Shown here piece by piece: positions 1-6,877 of a stretch of DNA of 37,980 nucleotides. How positions within the stretch are numbered: the first letter of the stretch is position 1; each line of letters begins with the position of its first letter. Location of the stretch: the IMG/VR virus record IMGVR_UViG_3300031658_000032, positions 1 to 37,980 of that record; one strand, given 5' to 3'. The DNA comes from a virus. Lineage: Duplodnaviria; Caudoviricetes. The notes below the pieces were generated by a model. It ran no database searches. It was not told the DNA's origin and was given only the letters and a program-made list of their open reading frames with translations. Both the position numbers and the translations under genes were made by a program.

Positions 1-127
1 GTTACCAGTCATCACCAGACGCTGGTAGTGTTGGGTTAAGCTGACTCTTCAGCATCTTGATTTCCATCTTTAATCTTTCTAACTCTAGTGTCTGTCTCTC
101 GACTTCATTAGCATACATAAGGCTACA
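1..127. repeat. 127-bp terminal overlap, identical to 37854-37980 (circular assembly overlap)
   Basis: The first 127 nt (gttaccagtc...aaggctaca) recur exactly at the contig end. 127 is a common assembler k-mer size, and the overlap lies inside a gene. Confidence 0.95.
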
Positions 128-352
128 ATCAATCTTAGTTAAGTCCTCCTGACCTATCTTAAAGACCCACTTAGCAAACACCTTGCCTTGTTGCGTGATA
201 GTGTCTAGCTCTGTGCCAAACTCCATAGTAGCGGCTGTCTCTTCATTCTGTGTACAGGCGCTTCCATTGGACGTAGTAACCGAGTAGTTAGCTGCTATAG
301 CTGTTGATGATAAGCCTAGAGCAAATCCTAGTAATAATAGTTGCTTCTTCAT
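2..352 (-). CDS. exported protein of pilus-like cassette (signal peptide, 2 Cys, amphipathic beta-strands, C-terminal coiled coil)
   Basis: Sec signal MKKQLLLLGFALGLSSTAIA; Cys in SACTQ and IDCSL; heptad-like C-terminus EVERQTLELERLKMEIKMLKSQL; third gene of a tightly overlapped operon. Confidence 0.75.
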   Translation of the reverse strand: MKKQLLLLGFALGLSSTAIAANYSVTTSNGSACTQNEETAATMEFGTELDTITQQGKVFAKWVFKIGQEDLTKIDCSLMYANEVERQTLELERLKMEIKMLKSQLNPTLPASGDDW

Positions 353-671
353 TCTGTTTCCCTACTTCTGTTAGTGTTGAACAAACTAGCAACTTACGCT
401 GCCCTTTGACCTTGAATTGTATCTTAACATCCCTTCTGCTATTAGGCAAGAGTTTATATGTTTTTTTATCAACTTTCCAATCGTCTGCATCTGTCCCATC
501 TTTGTTCAATACTTCCATTGTAAAGACTGCAGGATAATTATAAGCGTTGGTTAGAGTATAGACCTTAGAGTGTACCTCTGTCAACGCTTGCTCAACTTCA
601 AATGCTGGGGACATTGAGTGTGCTAGCGCCGTTGGTGACAGAAGCAACACTACTAAGGGCCATAAGCGCAT
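288..671 (-). CDS. exported single-Ig-domain protein resembling the N-terminal domain of a PapD-like fimbrial chaperone
   Basis: Signal peptide ending ALA-HSMSP; pattern SP...YTLTN...FTMEV...YKLLPNSRRDVKIQF resembles the chaperone N-domain (xP...L.N...LxPx.x.V.I); 2 Cys; TAATG coupling to the upstream gene. Confidence 0.6.
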   Translation of the reverse strand: MRLWPLVVLLLSPTALAHSMSPAFEVEQALTEVHSKVYTLTNAYNYPAVFTMEVLNKDGTDADDWKVDKKTYKLLPNSRRDVKIQFKVKGQRKLLVCSTLTEVGKQNEEATIITRICSRLIINSYSS

Positions 672-1195
672 TACTGTGTGCAGGTCACTGTGTGCTTGAT
701 GATGTAAGCTGTACTACTCTCAAGTGCGTCAGTGTTAGTCATAGTCGCTGTGCCGTCAATGTTAATAGTAAACACCTTAGCTCCAGTACCACTATTCAAG
801 CTATCAATATTAATGTTACCTGTATTGATGTTAACTGTGGCATCACCTACGCCGCCACCTGTTACAGTTGAGGTTGCATAGTCAATAGCAAAAGCACCTA
901 CATCAGCGCCATTGCTTGCCTTACGTACCTTACCGTCTGTAGGGGTGACCTTAACATTATTCATGTTGCGTGTCTTAAGTTTAACTACAGCAGGTGTTGT
1001 GGCTGTCCATACGTTATCTGTAAGGGCCATGACACCTACTGTGTTAGTCTTAAACTCACATGAGTTACTAAAGGTTCCTGTGCTACCACCCCACTTAGCT
1101 ACACCACTTGCGTTAGCGTTAGGCACTATGGCTGATAAGGTCACCACTACTGCAGCTACTAGAGCTACTTTCGTTACTTTGTTCATACTGTTCAC
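671..1195 (-). CDS. exported beta-rich pilin/fimbrial-subunit-like protein
   Basis: Signal peptide ending ANA; Thr/Gly/Asn/Val-rich; N-terminal GTFSNSC and C-terminal YIIKHTVTC with alternating hydrophobic residues, as in chaperone-usher pilin subunits. The start may be the ATG at 1186. Confidence 0.6.
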   Translation of the reverse strand: MNSMNKVTKVALVAAVVVTLSAIVPNANASGVAKWGGSTGTFSNSCEFKTNTVGVMALTDNVWTATTPAVVKLKTRNMNNVKVTPTDGKVRKASNGADVGAFAIDYATSTVTGGGVGDATVNINTGNINIDSLNSGTGAKVFTINIDGTATMTNTDALESSTAYIIKHTVTCTQ

Positions 1196-1229
1196 TCACT
1201 TAGTTAGTTAATTCAAATAATGTAGGACT

Positions 1230-1258
1230 ATCATAGCACCTAATGTAATGGTGTACAA
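1230..1258 (-). promoter_or_regulatory. sigma70-type promoter for the exported-protein cassette
   Basis: Minus strand TTGTAC-17 nt-TATGAT with extended -10 (TGc), in the gap after the helicase stop. Confidence 0.7.
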
Positions 1259-1276
1259 GTCTTTTATTAACATAAT

Positions 1277-2911
1277 TTAGAAATCCTCGTTGTTATGTGC
1301 TTTCTTAAGCTCAGGTGGCGGGGTGGCAACTAATCTACTTGTCTCATTCTCATAAAACAGCCACCCTGCAACACCTGTCCGACCCGTGCGCCTACACTTC
1401 ACAAGCTGTACCTGTGTGCAGTTACGTGCATAAGCGTCCTCGGTCATCTTGTCTCGCGACAGTAAGATAGTATTAAAAGCTATCTGGTTAATTGAACCTG
1501 AGCCTTTCAAGTCATACTCTCCAATATTATGTGCGTCACTGTCGCGGCTGCTAGGCTTGCGCATGTGGCTTACAATAATAATGCTGACACCAGTATTCTT
1601 GGCTAGCTTCAAGCACTTGTCCATAAACTCATCAATAATTCCATTGTCGTTGCTAGTTACAGCCGCCTGTAATGGGTCGAGTATGATAATGTCACAGTCG
1701 AGACCCTTGACCAAATACTGCATCTTAGCAAACAGTTCATCTGCACCTAAGGCGCCTTGATGATCTAGTATGTGCAACTTGTCGCTCTTAGCTAGTTCAT
1801 CGTACTTTTCATGATACAAGTTATAGTCTCTCGACTCTGTGGGCACATCGGCAATGTTAACGCCCATGTATACACTTAATAACTTTTCTACTGTCTCACC
1901 TACGTCTGCCTCAAGGAAGACACAACCAATCTTCTTGGCACTCTCAGCATACATGCCGTGTACTAGGTTGTAGACCATTGTCGACTTACCAATACTAGTA
2001 AGGGCGCCAATGACAGTAACCTCACCAGCTGCTATACCTCCATTCATCATGGCGTTAAGTGTGCCGAAGGATGCAGGTAACGGGGTGACTTCTTCAGTGC
2101 CACGCTTTAGGAACTTATCCCAAACGTTATCATCTCCCAGACTCACGACACCTTCAGGCTTAAAGGCCTTAGCATCCCACCAGCTTTTCGTGTACTCACG
2201 TACCTTGTTGGCCTTGAGCATCTCTCCAGCGTCCTTAAGTGGTAACGTACACACCTTAGCCTTACGTGGGCTAAAGAGTGGTAAGACTGCTTGTGCTGCC
2301 TCTACACCATGGACATCTGAGTCAAAGCATATAACGATATTATCAAAGGTCTCTAAGTATTCTAACGAGGCCTTAATATCCTTAACTGCTGACTTGGCAC
2401 CTCCTCGGATACTAACGGAGGGAAAGCCACCATTCATTTCATAGGCGGCCATTGCATCTATCTCGCCCTCAGTAACTGTAATGTATTTACCACCAGCTGC
2501 AAAGGTGTTTTGACCGAATAGGCCAGCATCTTGCATATCACCAGTGGCATAGAAGTCTTTAGTGGCTACTGATCTAACCTTAGTGCCGACTACCTTAGTG
2601 CCAGCTTGGTCGTAATAAGGGTAATGGTGCTTACTAATGTTACCCTCTGTTGTATGTTCAACTGTCACGCCATATCGTTTGGCCGTGTCCATGCTAATAC
2701 GTCTGTCTTGAATTGCTGCAATTGTTCCTGTCATTTCTAATGGCCTTGTCTTAGTTTTATCAGCGTGAACTATTGAGCCATCGCCATGTATGTAGTGTTG
2801 ACAACTAAAGCATACGCAATGGTTGTCGCTGTAAACCGCTAAGGCGTCCCTAGAGCCACAATTGGGGCAGCTAGTGTGCTTAACGAACGTACTTTCTGTA
2901 AAATTGGACAT
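1277..2911 (-). CDS. T7 gp4-like DNA primase-helicase
   Basis: Zn finger CPNC...CFSC with SDNH; TOPRIM motifs TEGEIDAM and CFDSD; DnaB-type helicase motifs GALTSIGKST, IILDPL, SHMRK, LKGSGSINQ; acidic C-terminal tail ending in F. Confidence 0.96.
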   Translation of the reverse strand: MSNFTESTFVKHTSCPNCGSRDALAVYSDNHCVCFSCQHYIHGDGSIVHADKTKTRPLEMTGTIAAIQDRRISMDTAKRYGVTVEHTTEGNISKHHYPYYDQAGTKVVGTKVRSVATKDFYATGDMQDAGLFGQNTFAAGGKYITVTEGEIDAMAAYEMNGGFPSVSIRGGAKSAVKDIKASLEYLETFDNIVICFDSDVHGVEAAQAVLPLFSPRKAKVCTLPLKDAGEMLKANKVREYTKSWWDAKAFKPEGVVSLGDDNVWDKFLKRGTEEVTPLPASFGTLNAMMNGGIAAGEVTVIGALTSIGKSTMVYNLVHGMYAESAKKIGCVFLEADVGETVEKLLSVYMGVNIADVPTESRDYNLYHEKYDELAKSDKLHILDHQGALGADELFAKMQYLVKGLDCDIIILDPLQAAVTSNDNGIIDEFMDKCLKLAKNTGVSIIIVSHMRKPSSRDSDAHNIGEYDLKGSGSINQIAFNTILLSRDKMTEDAYARNCTQVQLVKCRRTGRTGVAGWLFYENETSRLVATPPPELKKAHNNEDF

Positions 2912-2998
2912 TGTAAGCTCCTGTAGTGCGATTTAAGGCCCCTAGGGCTGCTGGGGAATAGCAACACTAGGGGTAACTTTAGACGTGCTTAGAAGGGA

Positions 2999-3364
2999 CT
3001 AGAAGTCGCCATCAGTGGCAGACGCCGCCAGCTCTACTACGCGCACCTTGTCCAAGTAAGGCGTAATGCCATGCACTGGATGCTCTTGGCCTAGGCTATA
3101 CTGGATTCGTACTGTTGAACCTCGTGTTACCTGACCCATAAACTCATCGCCATTAAGCTCATAGACTGGAACATCAAACTTAGATGCGAATTTTCGTTGC
3201 TTAGAGCCTTCATAAGTACGCAACTTAACGCCTTGAGCTTCCATTTTACCTGAATTCTCCTCGTCTAAGGTTAAGACGACACTATACTTACCTGTTGATT
3301 GGCCACCATAAACTTCATGCTCTGACAAATTAACAAATGCAACTGTACCTGTAATTACTGACAT
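2999..3364 (-). CDS. ssb: single-stranded DNA-binding protein (gp2.5-like OB fold)
   Basis: G..AFVNL...GKYSVVLTL...RGSTVRI pattern; acidic tail ending DGDF; adjacent to the primase-helicase. Confidence 0.8.
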   Translation of the reverse strand: MSVITGTVAFVNLSEHEVYGGQSTGKYSVVLTLDEENSGKMEAQGVKLRTYEGSKQRKFASKFDVPVYELNGDEFMGQVTRGSTVRIQYSLGQEHPVHGITPYLDKVRVVELAASATDGDF

Positions 3365-3516
3365 ATAAACTTCCTTACTTTAGATTATCTATTATGACCC
3401 AAATAGGTCTATTTTTACTGCTTTTACTATACTTAAGAGCCTTAAGACTCTTAGGTTAAGTTCTTTAAAGATATTCATTATGAATTAACATAAAGATTTT
3501 CTTTGTTCTTAGGTAT

Positions 3517-3545
3517 ATTATACCATTGTTCCTAAGACGTGTCAA
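3517..3545 (-). promoter_or_regulatory. consensus sigma70 promoter driving the replication genes
   Basis: Minus strand TTGACA-17 nt-TATAAT with TGG extended -10. Confidence 0.9.
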
Positions 3546-3548
3546 GTT

Positions 3549-3785
3549 TTAATTTAACATATCGTACTTATAGTCCTCAACTTCTGACTTAAGTAGTTCA
3601 TACATCCAAGTAGGAACCTTTTCTACTGTACGCCAATCGTTCTTATCGAACAATACTGCTTCAGCATAGAAGTCTTCAATGATAACGTCACCATTGCTTG
3701 AGTCTAGTTCATATTCCACTTCAAAGCTAATCAATTGCTCTTCCATGAAGCCGATGTTGATTGATAGTTCATATGCTATGTTCAT
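3549..3785 (-). CDS. small acidic early protein
   Basis: 78-aa ORF, very D/E-rich, with AGAGAG RBS-like leader and its own upstream promoter. Confidence 0.75.
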   Translation of the reverse strand: MNIAYELSINIGFMEEQLISFEVEYELDSSNGDVIIEDFYAEAVLFDKNDWRTVEKVPTWMYELLKSEVEDYKYDMLN

Positions 3786-3837
3786 AAGGTTCTCTCTTTA
3801 GTGTCCTCGGTGCCTGTTGCGCCTTGGTTATGTGTCT

Positions 3838-3865
3838 ATAGTAGCACACTATACCTAGGTGTCAA
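3838..3865 (-). promoter_or_regulatory. early sigma70-type promoter (repeated cassette)
   Basis: TTGACA-16 nt-TACTAT with AT-rich upstream element; the downstream leader is shared with the promoter at 5634-5661. Confidence 0.75.
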
Positions 3866-3883
3866 CACTTAAATACAATTTAT

Positions 3884-4081
3884 TTACTTAATCCACCAAG
3901 GCGGCTCTTGTCCATCATTGAATTCAACGTCAAAATCACTGGCGTCTATATCGTAGTTGTGTGTAGCTCTCTCAGAGACTGAGTAGCAACCGCCGCATAA
4001 GTCAATAAAGTCTACTGTGTCTGCTTCTGTACGGCTCATCTCGCCATCGTTAAGGATTGTGTTACAACTTTTACATCTCAT
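3884..4081 (-). CDS. small zinc-finger early protein
   Basis: CKSC...LCGGC motif and acidic tail. Confidence 0.8.
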   Translation of the reverse strand: MRCKSCNTILNDGEMSRTEADTVDFIDLCGGCYSVSERATHNYDIDASDFDVEFNDGQEPPWWIK

Positions 4082-4115
4082 AAGGTTCTCTCTTTAGTAA
4101 TTAGTAATATTTAGT

Positions 4116-4430
4116 TTAACTTGTGTAAGCTGGAAGCTCAATAGCATTAAACATCCAGTGGGCATAGTCCTTGAAGAAATCCTCAGGGAAGCCATAAGCG
4201 TTGCCACCTTTGATGACTGGGGTTATCGTATGAACTATGACACCATCGATGTCTTCAGGCCCTACCAATGCCTTGCCTTTGGCTGCCAAGGTGTCTAGGG
4301 TGGCCTTAAGCTCGCCTGAGGGCTGACCAGTCATTGCCATGACATCTGACAACTTGATACTTGAGTTAGACCAGTTAAGGGCTAGTAAGGTATTGTACAG
4401 TGATACTTCGTTTAGTGTTAAGTTCTTCAT
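4116..4430 (-). CDS. putative winged-helix DNA-binding protein
   Basis: LNEVSLYNTL...IKLSDVMAMTGQPSGELKATLDTLAAKGKALV fits a wHTH helix pattern (L..L..KG). Confidence 0.6.
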   Translation of the reverse strand: MKNLTLNEVSLYNTLLALNWSNSSIKLSDVMAMTGQPSGELKATLDTLAAKGKALVGPEDIDGVIVHTITPVIKGGNAYGFPEDFFKDYAHWMFNAIELPAYTS

Positions 4431-4458
4431 AAGTTACTCTCTTGTTTGGTATGTATCT

Positions 4459-4486
4459 ATAGTACCTGAGTGACATTGGATGTCAA
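4459..4486 (-). promoter_or_regulatory. early sigma70-type promoter (repeated cassette)
   Basis: TTGACA-16 nt-TACTAT followed by an AGATACATACCAA leader resembling the other two copies. Confidence 0.75.
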
Positions 4487-4490
4487 TAGG

Positions 4491-4757
4491 TTATTTAACT
4501 TTCTTTTTAATATCTTCCCTTATCTGCCATACAGTAGCAGCTATGATAATAAGGGCCGCCTCTGTAGCTGTGATGCCTGACTCAAAGGTTATAAGCCATT
4601 CAACTAGAGGTTGTGTGGTTAACCATTCATATGCTGGGGTTAGCTTGCGTACAGCGAAGCCGTACCAGTAAGGAGCCTCAAGGTAGGCACCATAAGCCCA
4701 CAAAGCTAATAGGCCCCATATTACAACATTCTCTACCTTAGCACGTAAAGGACTCAT
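4491..4757 (-). CDS. small membrane protein (2 TM segments)
   Basis: Two hydrophobic segments and a basic C-terminus; ATGA overlap with the upstream ORF. Confidence 0.75.
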   Translation of the reverse strand: MSPLRAKVENVVIWGLLALWAYGAYLEAPYWYGFAVRKLTPAYEWLTTQPLVEWLITFESGITATEAALIIIAATVWQIREDIKKKVK

Positions 4758-4921
4758 AAGGCACCTTCAAACAATACTACCATAGACAAGTAGACGCTAC
4801 CTGCCAGTATAAGTAAGCCTACTGTGTTAACTAGCCATGAGGTACGCTTGTTAACCTTACGCGCTTGTGTAACCAATACGCTGTGCTGTATGTCGCTGCC
4901 ATAGTTCTTTAGATCTTTCAT
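4754..4921 (-). CDS. small membrane protein, 55 aa (not in ORF track)
   Basis: MKDLKNYGSDIQHSVLVTQARKVNKRTSWLVNTVGLLILAGSVYLSMVVLFEGAL; AAGGA RBS upstream; ATGA coupling to the next gene. Confidence 0.7.
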   Translation of the reverse strand: MKDLKNYGSDIQHSVLVTQARKVNKRTSWLVNTVGLLILAGSVYLSMVVLFEGAL

Positions 4922-4939
4922 GTTCTTATGTTTCCTTTA

Positions 4940-5041
4940 TTAACTGTAGATTGGTTCAATAACTACATAGTACACCAGTGTAGACCATAACACAAGGCCT
5001 GTTGCATATAATAATAAATCTTCTGGTTTAACATTAAACAT
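4940..5041 (-). CDS. single-TM peptide, 33 aa (not in ORF track)
   Basis: MFNVKPEDLLLYATGLVLWSTLVYYVVIEPIYS; AAGGAG RBS; fills the gap between its neighbours exactly. Confidence 0.65.
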   Translation of the reverse strand: MFNVKPEDLLLYATGLVLWSTLVYYVVIEPIYS

Positions 5042-5255
5042 TGTTGACTCCTTCTGGGCGTGTGTGAAACTCTTTACCATAAGACAAGGCTGCCTCAAGT
5101 AAGTCTAGGCTTAGCTCTGCGTGTCCCGCCATGTCTGCGGTTGTCATGAAGTCCGCTTGGTAGTCTAGGTACATGGCCTCTAACGCAGGGCCTGAGGTTG
5201 TGTCAGTGTGTAGGATGTAGTGCATACATAATTCGCTTAGTTCTCTGTTAGTCAT
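5034..5255 (-). CDS. small acidic early protein
   Basis: 73-aa ORF with GGGAG RBS. Confidence 0.7.
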   Translation of the reverse strand: MTNRELSELCMHYILHTDTTSGPALEAMYLDYQADFMTTADMAGHAELSLDLLEAALSYGKEFHTRPEGVNNV

Positions 5256-5281
5256 GTGCTTCTCCCTGCCTTAAGTGTTAG

Positions 5282-5575
5282 TTAGAACTGTTGGATAACT
5301 AAGCCGCCGTCAGCAAGCTCAAGTACCATTGTGTTGTCCTGTAGTTCCTCTAGGTCAGCTAGACCATAGTCACTCAAGGCCTCTGCTAATGTAGTGTACT
5401 CAGTGAAGTCACAACATAAGCCTATAACGTCCATCTCGAAGGGCTCACCTAAGTCATCACTTAAGTCACTGATGAAGGTGAACATAGCTTCTAAGGCGTC
5501 ATAGCTGAACTGCTCTGGACGCATAGTGTTGAAGGCTGTGTGAAAGTCTGTGCTGTTTACGTTAGTTACGATCAT
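5282..5575 (-). CDS. first early gene; highly acidic protein, candidate DNA mimic / anti-restriction factor
   Basis: About 20 D/E versus one R and no K in 97 aa; GGAG RBS; first gene after the terminal region. Confidence 0.7.
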   Translation of the reverse strand: MIVTNVNSTDFHTAFNTMRPEQFSYDALEAMFTFISDLSDDLGEPFEMDVIGLCCDFTEYTTLAEALSDYGLADLEELQDNTMVLELADGGLVIQQF

Positions 5576-5633
5576 GTGATACTCCGTTGTCTTGTGTGTC
5601 CCTTAGCACTATATGTGCCTTGGTGATGTGTCT

Positions 5634-5661
5634 ATATTAACACAGTAAACCTAAGAGTCAA
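5634..5661 (-). promoter_or_regulatory. early sigma70-type promoter (repeated cassette)
   Basis: TTGACT-16 nt-TAATAT with AT-rich upstream element. Confidence 0.75.
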
Positions 5662-5791
5662 CAGTTAATTACAATTAGTTTAACATTAGTTCTTACGTTG
5701 CATTATGCACACACAACATAAGGTAACGTAAGCCAAGATAAGGAGCGGGCGTGCGCGAGTAGCATACCTTGGTAGCGTGTGTCAAGCGTTG

Positions 5792-5816
5792 TGTGTCTGT
5801 TGTGTCTGTTGTGTCT
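5792..5816. repeat. 9-bp tandem repeat (tgtgtctgt) x2.8
   Basis: tgtgtctgt tgtgtctgt tgtgtct read directly from the sequence. Confidence 0.8.
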
Positions 5817-5972
5817 ACTGTGACTGGAGACGTACATAAGTGGGCCAGAGGCACGCACTTAGGCATACACATGTCAACTTATGGCACTGTAGATGACTAC
5901 ACTCAGCCTCAGAGTCTTGGGGTTGACATCAGGCCTTGAGGACGTGTGCAACATCAGGCACCTAAGACACCT

Positions 5973-6059
5973 AAGACACCTGAGTTATACATGGGAGATA
6001 CAATACGTGGGGATAACTCAGGTGTCTTGGGGATAAGCCATGTATAACTCAGGTGTCTT
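5973..6059. repeat. perfect 22-bp inverted repeat (5973-5994 / 6038-6059), overlapping a 24-bp direct repeat (6013-6036 / 6044-6067)
   Basis: aagacacctgagttatacatgg ... ccatgtataactcaggtgtctt; ataactcaggtgtcttggggataa x2. Confidence 0.9.
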
Positions 6060-6131
6060 GGGGATAACCTGTGTATAGCCCGTGGATAACCTGTGTATAG
6101 CCTGTGGATAACTCCTGTGGCCTGTGGATAA
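6008..6131. promoter_or_regulatory. array of co-oriented DnaA-box-like 9-mers
   Basis: Perfect TGTGGATAA at 6103 and 6123; single-mismatch variants at 6008, 6028, 6059 (TGGGGATAA), 6070, 6092 (TGTGTATAG) and 6081 (CGTGGATAA). Confidence 0.75.
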
Positions 6132-6515
6132 CTAAGGGGCGGGGGGCGGGAGTGCGCGTAGCTTTACCTGCGGCTCCCTCAGGCACATAAAATAAGGCTA
6201 TTTTGGTTTCCCAAGGCACCTAAGACACCTAAGTAACTAAAGAAACTAAAGGCGCGGAGAACAAAGGTAAACTGTTGATAACATAGGACAAACACTAGCC
6301 CTTACAAATGTCAACAAAAGGGTCTTAGGTTGACTTATGAGTCTTATGCTGTCTTATGTATACTTAAGGGCCTTAAGCATGCTAATGTATGACCAAACTA
6401 TGACCAAAGAGTCTTAAGATTCCTTACTTAAGTGACTAATATCTAGTCTATATGAACTAATATTTAGTCTATAGTATCTTTATTCAATTCATTATGATTA
6501 TCTTTAAGAAAGTAC

Positions 6516-6544
6516 TTGACTTTTAGTCTTAAATATGGTATAAT
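6516..6544 (+). promoter_or_regulatory. strong sigma70 promoter for the tRNA/packaging/structural arm
   Basis: TTGACT-17 nt-TATAAT with TGG extended -10. Confidence 0.9.
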
Positions 6545-6795
6545 ATACCTATAGTATGATTTAGTTACTTAGCTTCTTTAGCTACTTAAGTTTCTCTTAA
6601 TGATTATAATTAAAGAATCATTCTAAAGACACTTAAGTAGTCTTAAGAAAGCTAAGTAACTAAAGACACCTAAGTATACTCCCGATCCTATGGTTCTCAT
6701 TTGGATTCTGGACACGTCCTAAGTAAGTGTTTGGTCATAATCTTTATGTCTACACTAAAGCTACTTAAGACGCCTAAGTATACTTAAGACGCCAT

Positions 6796-6870
6796 TGGGA
6801 TATAGCCAAGCGGTAAGGCAACAGGTTTTGATCCTGTTATGCGTAGGTTCGAATCCTGCTATCCCAGCCA
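6796..6870 (+). tRNA. trnQ: tRNA-Gln (anticodon UUG)
   Basis: Acceptor stem TGGGATA/TATCCCA, D arm GCCAAGCGGTAAGGC, anticodon stem ACAGG/CCTGT with TTG at 6828-6830, T loop GGTTCGAATCC, encoded CCA. Confidence 0.97.
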
Positions 6871-6877
6871 TTTTTAT

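Noticed and set aside
304-2444. Plus-strand ORFs opposite the exported cassette and helicase (304, 602, 912, 1449, 2010)
   Set aside because: They fully overlap better-supported minus-strand genes and run against the arm's transcription direction.
6136-6150. G-run as a functional G-quadruplex
   Set aside because: There are only three separated G tracts (4, 6, 3), so a three-tier quadruplex would need a zero-length loop. It is kept only as part of the terminal-region finding.
1-6700. Apparent scarcity of GATC in the early region
   Set aside because: This is an eye count only, GATC is reasonably common elsewhere, and it needs a Markov-model test.
6796-6870. tRNA as attP site of a temperate phage, or as a suppressor for recoding
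   Set aside because: There is no integrase or repressor. The anticodon is standard UUG, and core genes are intact under the standard code with TAA, TAG and TGA all used as stops.
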